Assembly: GCA_963677745.1 (NCBI GenBank)
Contig: OY782391.1
Coordinates: 992,001-1,056,000 of the forward strand
Source: Candidatus Altimarinota bacterium
Lineage (GTDB): Bacteria; Patescibacteriota; Gracilibacteria; UBA1369
Direction of reading: 5' to 3'
DNA length: 64,000 nt
The notes under the pieces were generated by a model, which worked only from the letters and a program-made list of their open reading frames with translations, did not search any database and was not told where the DNA came from. The first letter of the stretch is position 1. Every line of letters starts with the position of its first letter. Of this stretch, positions 1 through 10,669 are shown piece after piece. The position numbers and the translations under genes are program-made.

Positions 1-3000
1 CTATGTCCGCCAGCATTAACTGGCTGACGGCTTTATTGAGAGTATTTTTCAGCTTGATGGTGTATTCCAGCTGATCCCCCAGACTCAGTACGTCAAACGG
101 CTCGGTGATATCCTGGGCCTTCTTGGTGCTATATGTTCCAAGAGTTCCCAGAGGCACAACATCATCGGCCAGTGATTTGAATTCCAGCGTTTGATCCTGG
201 GCAGCAGTATCGCCCTTCAAAGTAATCTTTTCAAAATATTTATCGTCCTGTGACCCTGCCTGATTGCCCTGCATATTGTCGTAATGGACAAAAACCTCTT
301 CCTTCAGGTTGTCGGTTTGGTTAATCTTCACGCCCAGATTGCCAACCTGGCTGCCCTTCAGGTTGATCTCTCCTTTGTGGACATAGAATATTTTAACGTT
401 GCCGTTGTCGTCGGAAACCACCAGGTCGGTAAAAGAGTCCTGATTCATGTCCGCCGCCCGCAGCATGAAAACTTTATTTTTTGCCGAATAACCTTCCAGT
501 GCCAGATTTTTACGGACAAAATTACCCTGATTGTTGAGATAGGCATCCACGCACACTTCACCGATCTTGCAGCTGTCGGCTGTGGCGACTACCAGATCCT
601 GCCAGCCGTCATCATTGATATCCAGGACTGCCTGGCTCAAAATCCCGGTCGGGAAATTTAGCAAGACTCCCCGTGGTAAGAATTCTTTACCGTAATTGAC
701 GTTCTCCATCAGTTTGATGCGTCCGTCTTCGAAAGACACAAATAAATCTTTGTCGCCGTCATTGTCATAATCGATGGGCGTTACTTCTTTGACGGTTTTA
801 TTGTCGGCCAAAATCATTTTGCCCATGTCCATCGTAAAGCCGGTGGCGGAATACAGCCGGTCCAGAGTGGTGGGGTCCCTTCTGTTATCCAGACGTACGG
901 TGGGATCTCCCAGCACCACGCCCGCGTCGGAAGAATAAGGAAGATTGGCTTCACCGGCCGAATTGCCGGCGGAAAACAGCAGCACGTTTTTATTATCGCC
1001 TTTCAGTCCGATACCGTCTTCCTGGTCGGCTGATTCCAATGACAGATAAGGCATGCCCGGAGCTTTGTCCTTACCCAGCGGCTGACTGTCGTCGGTATAA
1101 TAATATCCCCGCGGGGCGGCGGAAGAATTACCTGAAAACGACTGCACGAAACTTCGGTCGGGCAACTCCGAAAGTTTCCTCAGATAGACCCCCGGAATAC
1201 CTGCAAGCGGTTCATCCTCCAACAATTTCACGCCGACCGGATTGGCAGTGGAGATAATCACCTGTCCCAGTTCATTGCCCATGTCGCGCAGGCTCCAGTT
1301 GATGTTGCTGGGATAATTTCCTTCACCCGTCACCAGATCAACCGTCGGGCCAAACAGCCTGACTTTAGCATCGCGTCCGATTTCAGCCAATAACTGATTG
1401 TCCCGGGTCAGGGTAATTTTTTCACCTTCATTTTCAAAAATATAATGCTGGTCTTCCGCTACCAGATTGAGAACATTAACGGTTTCATGGGTCAGGTCCA
1501 GATCGGCGGGGTCCAGAACCAGTTTGACCTGGCTTTGGGGTTTGGCGACTATACTGACTTCCATCAGCTCTTTTTTCTTGTTCAGATCATTCACCACCTG
1601 TTTTACCGGCGCATTATCCTGTCCCGTGGGTACCAGCCTGATTTCAAAACTGTTGCTGTCGTTCAGTTTGACCGCTCCCGAAGTCAACACCTCCAGCAGT
1701 CTCATTTTTGGTTTCGGATCGGTGATCAGGGAAGCCGCGCTCTGAACCTTTCCACTGAACACAAACCATCCTCCGAAATAATCCGTCTGCGTTACCTCGC
1801 CGAAGGATGCTCCCAGCAGATCGGCATAGAGAAATTTTGGTTTGATCTGACGCAGATCACGTCCGGCCAGTTGATTAACCACCGAAACCTCCAGATATCC
1901 GTCCAGCAAATCCTTGGCCTTGGCACGTATTCGCACCGGCCCGGTCAGTGTACCGGTCTGGAAATCGACATCGGCCTGTCCGTTTTTAACCTTAACCGCA
2001 GGCTGGGAAATGATCTGTCCGAACTTGGCGGATTCAGGATCAATCGAAAAGGTCAGAGACGTGGAATTGTCGCGTTTGACCAGATTGCCGTTGCCGTCAA
2101 AAATTTTGGCCCTAACCGTATAGCCCTGGGCCGGATCGGCTTTGACTTCCATCTGACTGCTTTCCAGGACAATCATTTTGGGATTGAAGGCGTAGTTTTC
2201 CAAAGTCAGGGAGCTGGTCGAAAGTCCCGGAATACTGGCCAAAAGTACCATCTTACCGGCTTTGGTGGAGCTTCTGACTGTAAACTTCACCAGTCCGTTT
2301 TCCAGCGGAAGAGTCAGTGAGGAAAGGGGGTTTTTTTGCGCGTCGAGGATCTGGCCCATTTCCGGATTCATCAGCTTGAGGTTGGCCTCGCCCTTAAAGG
2401 AGGAGAGATTATTGCCCAGGGCATCCTCGACGCGCACTTCCACCTGTGTGTTGTCGGTAGCATCAGCCTTCAGTTCGGGCTTGTTGGATTTGATAATCAG
2501 TTGCAGGTCATCCCTGGTCTGTACGGTTGCATCTGCCTCCACGCTTGCCGGCAGGAAAATTTGACTACCAGCCTTAAGCAGCGTGGCGGTGGAATTATTG
2601 GGAATTTCCTGGGTAACCAGTTCCGGATCCTGATAGGACACTTTGACGTTCAAACCTTCAGGGGCCTGACCGGAAAGCAATTTCAGCTGATACTGGCCGG
2701 TCACGGAGGTGACCTGTATTCCAGGCAGGGCTTTATCTTCATCCTGTTTTGGATCAAGCTGGGCAGGTTTTTCTCCTCCCGCATCCGTCTCCAGACCGAA
2801 AGTGGCCGTGTAACTGGCACTGTCGGCCAGATTACCGTTTTTATCCCGGAAAGTGGCCAGCAGATCGGTGGTTGATTTCCCGCCGCTGGGGATGATCGGG
2901 GAGACTGCTTTAAGTTCGGCTTTGGCTGGAGGAAGAGCATAAACCTCAAGCAGTTTTTCGTCACTGGGAACATTTTTCCCGTCGATTGAGGCAATCACTG

Positions 3001-6000
3001 TTGGCAGGCCGGTGGTGGTTTTGGTGGTCAGGGTGGTTTCCGCCACGCCGTTTTTTGCCTGTACATTCAGAGGGTAAAGCGAAGAAGTAATTCCGTCATC
3101 CTTATCCTTAAACCCGAATTTTACCACGCTGAGACTGTCATCATTTCTTAAATTGCCGTTCTCATCATAGATCGATGCCCGGATATAAAGCTGGCTTTCA
3201 CCGTCGGCCGGGACGCGGTCTGTTTCTTCCGTATTGATTTGCGCGGCATCGGCAGCGGATATGTCAGGTACCTCATAGATGGTCTTCGGACCTATTTCCA
3301 GACCGGACAGATAAGCTCCGTCACCGGCGCTTTCCAGGCCGCTGCCGCTGCCAAACAGTTTATCGTCGCCCGTATCCAGAGGATCGATTCCCAGCAGCAC
3401 TTCGGTTCCGTCCCGCACACCACCTTTATCGGTATCGGGATCAAGCGGATTGGTTTTGGTATCTTCCGTCTCACGGGAATAAGTCAGCCCGTCATCATCG
3501 TCATCACTATTGGCGTCCGGTTGGGGAGGTTTGGGGAAATCATCAGCAGGATCAAGGGGATTGGATCCGCGTAAAACTTCCTCTCCATCCTTTACCCCTC
3601 CTTTATCCGTATCGGCATCACCTGGATTGGTGCCATAAACATATTTCTCCAGATTGTCCGGGAGGCCGTCGCCGTCCTTATCATTGGTCAGACAGTTGTA
3701 TTTGTCGCTGAACCTGGAAACCATAATAGCAAATTCCACCCGGCTGATCGGCTGATTCAGCCAGATCATGAATTGACTGTTGGCCAGTCCGCCCGGCAGT
3801 CCGGAACTGGAGTTGATTATTTCCTGATCAAAATATGCTTTGAATTTATCGGACGACGGATCGTCCAGTAGCTGGAATTTTCCTCGCGGGAAAATCCCTT
3901 CTTTCTGGGCGGTCAGAACATAATTGTAATACCAGGGTTTGCCAGACAGATTTTCATTGGCCACGAATTGCGGAAAACTCTCGATCTGCTGTCTGGCCGT
4001 TTCCAGTATCACCTTGGTGGCTTCGGCTCTGGTTATGTTGGCCTTCGGTACATAATAACCGACATTCTCATAAGCTTTGTAACCGGAAATTATTCCCCTG
4101 TTTTTTCCTTCCGCCACGCAGTATTTATAATCCTGTCCGATGTCTGTATCCGGAAAAGCTGTCCGGGTATAAACTTTCATGACCGATTCTTTGACTTTCT
4201 CACTAAAGCGGTCACACATCACACAGATGCCTCCCAGATCCAGTTTGATAAATTCTTCCCTGGTGATGCTGTCGTTTGGTCTGATGTCTCCGTTACTGTC
4301 CGCCACCACCACGCCTCTGCGCAGCAGCTTAACCACCTCGTTGAAACCTTCCTGGCCTTTGGACAGATCATTAAACAACAGTTTATCCGGCAGCCGGGGA
4401 TCATTGCCCTCCGTCAGATCCTGCAGGTCGCTCTGTCCGTTTCCGTTGGTATCGGCTTTATTCAGATCGGTTCCGATCGACAGTTCTTCCAGATCGTTCA
4501 AACCGTCCTTATCCGTATCCGGAATAATCAGACCGGTTGGTGTTGTGGTGGAAACGGGAACAGTTGGCTCCTGGGCATGTGCCCGTCGTGTTGAAAATTT
4601 TGCGGCCAGCCAGTTTCCGGCCAGCAGCACTCCGGGTAATTTTGCAAAAAACTCATTTATCTCTTCATAGGGGAGTTCCGTGATTTTTTCAAAACGGCTG
4701 CCCACATAAAGTTCCAAAGCGGGCTGCCCATTGGAATTTTCTATCTGGAAAATCACCGGACCGTTGGTGGGGCCTTCCTTGATTTTCATTTTCAGGGCGG
4801 TAAAGGCATTGCCGCGCTTATCAATGTAACCGACTCTTCCTTTATTATCCTGGGTGTTTTTGTCGATAATCAGATATCCGCCTTTCATTATTTCTTCCTC
4901 ATTGGCACTCTGCAGACTCAGGTGGTCGCCGGCCGAGAGATCTTTCAGGTGCACGCCGTCCAGACTGGTAAAGTCTTTTGAATAGTCGGTACTGGTTGCG
5001 TCGATGTTTACGGCTTTATCACCTCCAGCCACAAAATACAGAATGGCGTAAATTTTGCCGTCTTCCTTACCGGCCACCGCCTGACGCAGAGGTTTTTTAC
5101 CGCTGGCAGCCAGTACCCGCAGTTCATATTTGTTTTTGTCGAGGATGTTGATGTAACCGGTCTTTGGATCGGTTTCCGCGATGGCATTGCCGTTACCGTC
5201 AAAAATCGAGTAGCCGGCTTCCGCGCCTTCGGTAAATTTATAGGTTGTATAACGGCGGAAAGACATTAATTTGATTCTTTCACTGGTCACTTTTAGCACC
5301 AGCACGTCACTTCTTACTTCCGGTCTGTCAGCCAGTTCGGCCTGCAGCGAAACCGTGCCGGAATTGTTTCCCGCCCCGAGCAGAAAATAGGCTTTTCCTC
5401 CTGCCAGCTGGGTGTTGTCTTCACCGATAATCGTTGCCACCGGGTCGGTGCCGCTTTCAGTTTTCAGCGTCAGTTTTACTTTGCTGTTGCTGTCCGCTTT
5501 ATTCCAGACTCCATTGTCATCCAAAGCCTGTACCATCACTTTGGTCTGATCGCTGGTTCCGCCTGCCAGAATGTTTTTACTGTTTTTGTCGTATTGCAAA
5601 GAAAGCATTACAGTCTGATCGGCCTGATCGGGAATACCGTTGCCGTCGGTATCCACCGGTACGCTGACGACCATATCCGGCGTATAGGCACTGCTATCCA
5701 CCGGTCCGGACCCGGGAAGATCTGTAAAACCTCCCGCCGGACAAGCCAGCGTCGCACCCTGGCCGGCCATAATTGACATTGTTTCTTTGGCCCATTCGCC
5801 CAGCTTCTGGAACCATTCGGTCAGGAAGACCGGCATGGATGATTCGCCATTTCCTTCTCCCGCACCCGGTGCGGAACCCGATCCTCCGCTGCCGGACTCG
5901 CCGCTGCTGGGAGGTTCCTGCCCTTTACAGGCCAGATATTTGGCAAACTGTGGATCGGTACAATCAACACTTTCCGTTTTGACTTCCTCTTTCGGCGGTG

Positions 6001-9000
6001 GAATGTCCTTATTGAACTTCATCGACATGGCATCCGACGCGCCTGTGGAATTCAGATATAAAACCTCATAGCCGTTTTTGGATTCGGAAAGTGGAGTGAA
6101 AGGATTATTGGCACTGCCCCAATAATGGCTGAGCGCATAATTGTGTTTCTGATCAATATCAAAACTCTTCCACTGCAGGGCGTCCGCCAGTTTGCTCTCG
6201 GAGGCCACACTTACTTCGTCCAGGGCGGTATTCATCACATCATTGCTGAGAGCGGGTTCCAATATTCCGGTCAGATAACCGTTTACTGAAGGCAGTTCCG
6301 GATCTGCGTAAAGAGGGTTTACTTCGATCAGTGATAATTGCTGCTCCAGGTCGGCCAGCTGTTGTTTCAGCTCCGTCACATTCGCGGCGCGGAAGGAATT
6401 GGGATAAACAATTTCCTGATAATTACCCTTGGAATCGCGGAAGGTGGCGTAGCGCGGACTGTCAATCGGAATACTCAAAGCACTGCGGGTTTCTTTTTTT
6501 ACGGTGATGGTTTGCCCCTCATTATTGGGATCGGGTACGGTTTTGGTGGCGACCTGATATTTCCCGTTCAGTTTTTTCTCCTGATCGGACAAGGTGTTAT
6601 CTTCGAGCAGATTGCCGTTGGCATCGCGGGCCAGCTCATAGGTTTGCGATTGGATGGTGTCGATGGTCGGATCCTTATGGTAAACCAGCGAACTGATCTT
6701 TTTGCCGACCAAAGGCGCAACTTTGATATAAACTTCCTTGGTGCCCGGAATAACGTTATTTCCGAATTTCAGTGGTTTGACCTTTCCGTCAGGATCATTT
6801 TCATTAATGCGTAATTTTTGCAGAAGTTGTTCGCCAACCTGATTCCAGTTGGGTTGGCCGTTCTGGTCAATCGGGAAAAATTGCAGATTGGCTTCCGCCG
6901 CCTCGTCAATTTGTCCGTCGCTGTTGTCATCCACGCGGTTGCCTCCCAGAAATTTTTTCAGGACATCTTCCAGATTGACGCTGAAAGTTCCCAGATTTGG
7001 GTCGGCTTGTGCGGCATCGATTGTTGCCTGGGGAATGATTAGGGCCGGTTCCATTTCGGTCGGCGGCGCATTGGTAATATCCAGCAGCTTGATTTGTTTG
7101 GGGGGCTGATAGATGGCAGCCTGTGAGGGTTTTTCAGGATCGTAGGAAGCCTTGCCTTCCGGAGTTTGTTGGGCGGCGATATGTTTCAGGTAAATATTGG
7201 CGGCCAGGGCAAAAGCGTCAAATCCGTTCTTTTCCTTCAGGTCAAAACAGGCCTGATGGCTGGTGGCATTCTTGGGAATTCCGGTAACCTGTCTGGTACC
7301 TCCCAGACTGAAGATGTAGCGGGTGGCCAGGGCAGGAAAACATCGGGTAGGTTCTTTGACGTTCTCAGAGAAGCATCCGGCGAAGGATTTGTTCAGTATC
7401 CTCTGGTCATTCAGCCATTTAAAAATTGTAGGTGTGTGGGCTGCAGTTGGCAAAAACTGAAACACTCCTTCATCCAGAAAATTTTCCGGTCCGTTATTCC
7501 AGTGCCAGAGCAAGCCGTGATAGTCATTGCCATCGGTGCCGGTCAGCGCGTCCTGTGGGTAACTGTTCCAGGATTCGGGCATCCTGGGCGTGGAGGCCGC
7601 GTTCAGATTGGCGGAGGGATCATAAAGGGTGGAGGCAATCACCATCTGGCTGTTCTCGTCGCCTTCCGACCCGCGGTAAAGGGAGCACTCGGAAATATCT
7701 TCAATAGTGTTGATCGGTTTCCCGTTGATTAAAATTTGGGTGGTATCATCGACCGGTTTCTGGATTGATTTAAGAAAATCCGTTTTGGCCTGTTCAATCA
7801 GAGTTGGATCCGGTATCAGGGCCAATGCATCCAGCCAGGGCTCAATGGCACTGAAGAAGTCGTTATTCTTATATCCAAAATTTACAAAATTAATGTTGTT
7901 GAATTTGAGTTTTGATCCGGGCGGAAAAACCCCGTTGGCATCCGGCAGTATCACATAACCGCTCAGGGTAGAGCCTTTGACCAGCTCAATATCATACTGC
8001 AATTGCTGCACATATTTATCCACCCTCTTTTCAATGGCATCATTGACGGCTTTGAGATAAAGCCGGGTGAACTCGTCTTTGGCGGCCACCAGAAAAGGGA
8101 AAGTTACCAGATCGGAAACGTTCTTATTGTTGCTGTCTTTATAGGTCTGCTTGTAGCGCCCGGTGGAATCGGTCCAGACATTGATATCGGCAAAGAATTT
8201 ATCAAACAGATCATTGTATTTCTTGAAAAAATTCATGATGATATCCTTGGTGCGGATATCCGGCAGATTCTCAAAGATGTCCCCGCCGTCACTCTGCGTA
8301 CCCAGGGCATTTCCGGGATCTTCATCCTTTGGTCCGTCCTGATCTTTGTCATTGTCCGCCCCCCCATCCTCATCCACCATACCGTCTTCATCGTCATCCG
8401 ACGGACTACCCTCGTCTATCCACTCATCGCCCGACGGAAAAGGCCCCAGAAAACGCGGAATCAGCATCGGCGGCAGGGGCGGGATCAGCATGGTGATGAT
8501 CGGGAATGACCACCAGGCTTTCTTGTCCGTAGTACTCTTCATGCTGTCGAAGGCCTGTTTCACGTTGCCGTTGGCGGCTGCACTGAGCAAATCGCCAATC
8601 TGAAAAGGGGTCAGCATCAGCGAGCCATAGTCGCGTTCATAACCATCGGGCCAGCCATCCTGGTCCGAATCGACTGAGTCATTGTCTTCATCCGTGTCGC
8701 ATTCACCCGGACAACCGTCACCGTTCATATCGCCCAGATCATCTTCATCCTGTTTGCCATCCTGATCGGCGTCATTATCCTGGGAAGTATCCTCATCAAT
8801 TCTTCCGTCACGGTCATTATCCACCTGGATGAACGCGTCTCCTTCATCCTCGTCTGTGCCTTCGTCGACCCGCATGTCTTCTTCGGGATTGTTGTTGACG
8901 TTATCGGATACCTTGTAAAGGCTTCCCGGTTTGGTGTTGTAATAGTTTCCTGTTTTGTAGGGTTGGCCGGCAGCCTGGCACTTTTGAAGTACGGTTTTAC

Positions 9001-10285
9001 CCAAAGCAGGTATCGGGGAGCAGATTCCCCAAACACCTTCTTCATCATTATCGATTTTTCCATCATTGTCGTCGTCCACCCGGTTAATCAAACCGAACAG
9101 GGGACTGCCCGGTTCACCGTCGCCGTCATCATCGTAACCGTTGGATGGATCCTCATCTATCTTGCCGTCGCCGTCATTGTCCACGCCGTCTCCTTCGGGC
9201 TTGCCGAGCGGTGACTCGGACAGCAGTTTTTTGGCCCAGGTTTTATTGAAACGGAAATAGCTGATGTCTTCCCAGTATTTCAGATACTGTTCGTAACTGG
9301 GCAGGCCTTCCGCACCCATCAGCTGGTATTCCTTGTTCAGGTCGCTATAGAAAAGTTTCTTGTCGAAATCACTCCAGCCCGGTTCCCCGATCTTGAAGAG
9401 ATGGTTTTTATCAAAATATTCCGCCAGTAATTCATTACCCTCCTCTCCGTCCGCCGGAGGAACAATCAGGCCGTGCCAGACATCCGCAGCGGGATTCTGA
9501 CTAGCCGTGTTGATTTTGAAATCCCCGCTGGCCTGATCAAAAACATAATATGGTTCGTCAAAGTCGGTATAAGGAAAAAGGCTGACAAAACGGTTATCAT
9601 TTTTATTTACCACCGGCAGTGGCACCTGGCCGACGATCACCAGACCGGTCAGCCGGTTGGTTTCGGAAAGAGTGCCGTCACCTTCCCGGTAGAGTTTTTC
9701 CAGCGCTGCCGCAATGTCCTGTGTCGGCTGGTCGCGCTTGACCTTGATGATGGCGGTCTTTGTAAAAGGTACCGGATTTTTTACCTTATTGATTCCCTGA
9801 ACGTCTCTGGCATATCTCTCAACGCGTCCCATCAGGGTCTGTTCGGTCAGTTTGCGGTAAAGCTGGTCAGGCGAATCCGGTACTGTCTGGTTATGTTCAG
9901 TCGTCAGTCCGTCATAGCTCCGGTTGTTATTGGCGATTTCTTCGTCCACCAGAATAGCCACCAGGTTGAACTGGGTATTGTTTTTCACCTGGGTCTGGTA
10001 GGCGGCGGCTCCGGCGGCACTGTCAAACTTCTCCAGGATTTCCCCGCTCTTGCCAAATACCGAACTGACCGCCGAACTGATCATCCCACCGAAATCCGGA
10101 GCCGCCGCTTGCGTCACCTGCAACTCCCAGAAAGCCAGGGCGGTCGGGCTGGAAACATGAAAAATAAACACCGTCAGTAGCAGCAGGGACAGGCCCCGCT
10201 TCAGATCAAACCGCCGGACTGCCCGCAGCAGGGCCGTTTTGGCGGTCAAAAATCTCACCTTTAATGGTATTTTTTTTACGAACAT
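1..10285 (-). CDS. Giant secreted/surface protein, >3,428 aa, 3' end outside window; DxDxDG/TSP3-like Ca-binding repeats, SLH repeats, FG-GAP/VCBS-like repeats, DUF11-like segment
   Basis: ATG at 10285 (MFVKKIPLKVRFLTAK...LSLLLLTVFIFHVSSPTALA, signal-like). Manual translation stays in one frame at about 9240 (GDGVDNDGDGKIDEDP), 4270 (IRPNDSITREEF, SLH), 760 (IDYDNDGDKDLFVS, FG-GAP) and 60 (GDQLEYTIKLKN). The track lists no ORF in this frame, as expected if no in-frame stop occurs before the edge. Confidence 0.9.
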   Translation of the reverse strand, partial: MFVKKIPLKVRFLTAKTALLRAVRRFDLKRGLSLLLLTVFIFHVSSPTALAFWELQVTQAAAPDFGGMISSAVSSVFGKSGEILEKFDSAAGAAAYQTQVKNNTQFNLVAILVDEEIANNNRSYDGLTTEHNQTVPDSPDQLYRKLTEQTLMGRVERYARDVQGINKVKNPVPFTKTAIIKVKRDQPTQDIAAALEKLYREGDGTLSETNRLTGLVIVGQVPLPVVNKNDNRFVSLFPYTDFDEPYYVFDQASGDFKINTASQNPAADVWHGLIVPPADGEEGNELLAEYFDKNHLFKIGEPGWSDFDKKLFYSDLNKEYQLMGAEGLPSYEQYLKYWEDISYFRFNKTWAKKLLSESPLGKPEGDGVDNDGDGKIDEDPSNGYDDDGDGEPGSPLFGLINRVDDDNDGKIDNDEEGVWGICSPIPALGKTVLQKCQAAGQPYKTGNYYNTKPGSLYKVSDNVNNNPEEDMRVDEGTDEDEGDAFIQVDNDRDGRIDEDTSQDNDADQDGKQDEDDLGDMNGDGCPGECDTDEDNDSVDSDQDGWPDGYERDYGSLMLTPFQIGDLLSAAANGNVKQAFDSMKSTTDKKAWWSFPIITMLIPPLPPMLIPRFLGPFPSGDEWIDEGSPSDDDEDGMVDEDGGADNDKDQDGPKDEDPGNALGTQSDGGDIFENLPDIRTKDIIMNFFKKYNDLFDKFFADINVWTDSTGRYKQTYKDSNNKNVSDLVTFPFLVAAKDEFTRLYLKAVNDAIEKRVDKYVQQLQYDIELVKGSTLSGYVILPDANGVFPPGSKLKFNNINFVNFGYKNNDFFSAIEPWLDALALIPDPTLIEQAKTDFLKSIQKPVDDTTQILINGKPINTIEDISECSLYRGSEGDENSQMVIASTLYDPSANLNAASTPRMPESWNSYPQDALTGTDGNDYHGLLWHWNNGPENFLDEGVFQFLPTAAHTPTIFKWLNDQRILNKSFAGCFSENVKEPTRCFPALATRYIFSLGGTRQVTGIPKNATSHQACFDLKEKNGFDAFALAANIYLKHIAAQQTPEGKASYDPEKPSQAAIYQPPKQIKLLDITNAPPTEMEPALIIPQATIDAAQADPNLGTFSVNLEDVLKKFLGGNRVDDNSDGQIDEAAEANLQFFPIDQNGQPNWNQVGEQLLQKLRINENDPDGKVKPLKFGNNVIPGTKEVYIKVAPLVGKKISSLVYHKDPTIDTIQSQTYELARDANGNLLEDNTLSDQEKKLNGKYQVATKTVPDPNNEGQTITVKKETRSALSIPIDSPRYATFRDSKGNYQEIVYPNSFRAANVTELKQQLADLEQQLSLIEVNPLYADPELPSVNGYLTGILEPALSNDVMNTALDEVSVASESKLADALQWKSFDIDQKHNYALSHYWGSANNPFTPLSESKNGYEVLYLNSTGASDAMSMKFNKDIPPPKEEVKTESVDCTDPQFAKYLACKGQEPPSSGESGSGGSGSAPGAGEGNGESSMPVFLTEWFQKLGEWAKETMSIMAGQGATLACPAGGFTDLPGSGPVDSSAYTPDMVVSVPVDTDGNGIPDQADQTVMLSLQYDKNSKNILAGGTSDQTKVMVQALDDNGVWNKADSNSKVKLTLKTESGTDPVATIIGEDNTQLAGGKAYFLLGAGNNSGTVSLQAELADRPEVRSDVLVLKVTSERIKLMSFRRYTTYKFTEGAEAGYSIFDGNGNAIAETDPKTGYINILDKNKYELRVLAASGKKPLRQAVAGKEDGKIYAILYFVAGGDKAVNIDATSTDYSKDFTSLDGVHLKDLSAGDHLSLQSANEEEIMKGGYLIIDKNTQDNKGRVGYIDKRGNAFTALKMKIKEGPTNGPVIFQIENSNGQPALELYVGSRFEKITELPYEEINEFFAKLPGVLLAGNWLAAKFSTRRAHAQEPTVPVSTTTPTGLIIPDTDKDGLNDLEELSIGTDLNKADTNGNGQSDLQDLTEGNDPRLPDKLLFNDLSKGQEGFNEVVKLLRRGVVVADSNGDIRPNDSITREEFIKLDLGGICVMCDRFSEKVKESVMKVYTRTAFPDTDIGQDYKYCVAEGKNRGIISGYKAYENVGYYVPKANITRAEATKVILETARQQIESFPQFVANENLSGKPWYYNYVLTAQKEGIFPRGKFQLLDDPSSDKFKAYFDQEIINSSSGLPGGLANSQFMIWLNQPISRVEFAIMVSRFSDKYNCLTNDKDGDGLPDNLEKYVYGTNPGDADTDKGGVKDGEEVLRGSNPLDPADDFPKPPQPDANSDDDDDGLTYSRETEDTKTNPLDPDTDKGGVRDGTEVLLGIDPLDTGDDKLFGSGSGLESAGDGAYLSGLEIGPKTIYEVPDISAADAAQINTEETDRVPADGESQLYIRASIYDENGNLRNDDSLSVVKFGFKDKDDGITSSLYPLNVQAKNGVAETTLTTKTTTGLPTVIASIDGKNVPSDEKLLEVYALPPAKAELKAVSPIIPSGGKSTTDLLATFRDKNGNLADSASYTATFGLETDAGGEKPAQLDPKQDEDKALPGIQVTSVTGQYQLKLLSGQAPEGLNVKVSYQDPELVTQEIPNNSTATLLKAGSQIFLPASVEADATVQTRDDLQLIIKSNKPELKADATDNTQVEVRVEDALGNNLSSFKGEANLKLMNPEMGQILDAQKNPLSSLTLPLENGLVKFTVRSSTKAGKMVLLASIPGLSTSSLTLENYAFNPKMIVLESSQMEVKADPAQGYTVRAKIFDGNGNLVKRDNSTSLTFSIDPESAKFGQIISQPAVKVKNGQADVDFQTGTLTGPVRIRAKAKDLLDGYLEVSVVNQLAGRDLRQIKPKFLYADLLGASFGEVTQTDYFGGWFVFSGKVQSAASLITDPKPKMRLLEVLTSGAVKLNDSNSFEIRLVPTGQDNAPVKQVVNDLNKKKELMEVSIVAKPQSQVKLVLDPADLDLTHETVNVLNLVAEDQHYIFENEGEKITLTRDNQLLAEIGRDAKVRLFGPTVDLVTGEGNYPSNINWSLRDMGNELGQVIISTANPVGVKLLEDEPLAGIPGVYLRKLSELPDRSFVQSFSGNSSAAPRGYYYTDDSQPLGKDKAPGMPYLSLESADQEDGIGLKGDNKNVLLFSAGNSAGEANLPYSSDAGVVLGDPTVRLDNRRDPTTLDRLYSATGFTMDMGKMILADNKTVKEVTPIDYDNDGDKDLFVSFEDGRIKLMENVNYGKEFLPRGVLLNFPTGILSQAVLDINDDGWQDLVVATADSCKIGEVCVDAYLNNQGNFVRKNLALEGYSAKNKVFMLRAADMNQDSFTDLVVSDDNGNVKIFYVHKGEINLKGSQVGNLGVKINQTDNLKEEVFVHYDNMQGNQAGSQDDKYFEKITLKGDTAAQDQTLEFKSLADDVVPLGTLGTYSTKKAQDITEPFDVLSLGDQLEYTIKLKNTLNKAVSQLMLADI

Positions 10286-10333
10286 TGAAAAGCTGCTTTT
10301 TGTTTGTGTTTTGCGGTTTTCTACCTTCCTTAC

Positions 10334-10380
10334 ATTATAACAAAGGTCGCCTATACAAAAAAAGCCTCGCCGCCTATACA
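10334..10380 (-). promoter_or_regulatory. Putative extended -10 promoter for the giant gene with two upstream 10-bp direct repeats
   Basis: Minus strand TG-T-TATAAT (TATAAT at 10334-10339); CGCCTATACA on + strand at 10348-10357 and 10371-10380. Confidence 0.45.
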
Positions 10381-10624
10381 GTTAGCCAAAAACGCCTACT
10401 TTGTATTGACTTGGGGGGAGAGTATTGAATAACTAGGCATTTCACCTGGTTTTGCGCCTCAAATCTGAATAGTCGGGAATGTTTACAAGGGGTCTCCCTC
10501 TGAAATTCACCAGACCGGGTCCGACCGGTGAAAAACGGTCCCTGGGTGGCTAAACAAGTCCAAAAATCATATCAAAAGAATAAAAAGATACGCGAAAAAG
10601 ATGAAAATACATGAAAATAACAAT

Positions 10625-10652
10625 AAAAAAGGGCGCCGTTCGGCGCCCTTTT
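10625..10652 (-). terminator. Intrinsic terminator downstream of the pilin gene
   Basis: AAAAAAGGGCGCCGTTCGGCGCCCTTTT: GC-rich stem with flanking A/T tracts. Confidence 0.85.
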
Positions 10653-10669
10653 CAATATCGTTGTGGATA

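Noticed and set aside
8300-9200. CRISPR-like or tandem DNA repeats
   Set aside because: The repetition is codon-level (Asp/Gly-rich peptide repeats), with no identical spaced DNA repeats and no cas genes.
284-10180. Numerous + strand and off-frame ORFs in the track
   Set aside because: They are antisense or alternative-frame shadows of the giant minus-strand gene and carry no motifs.
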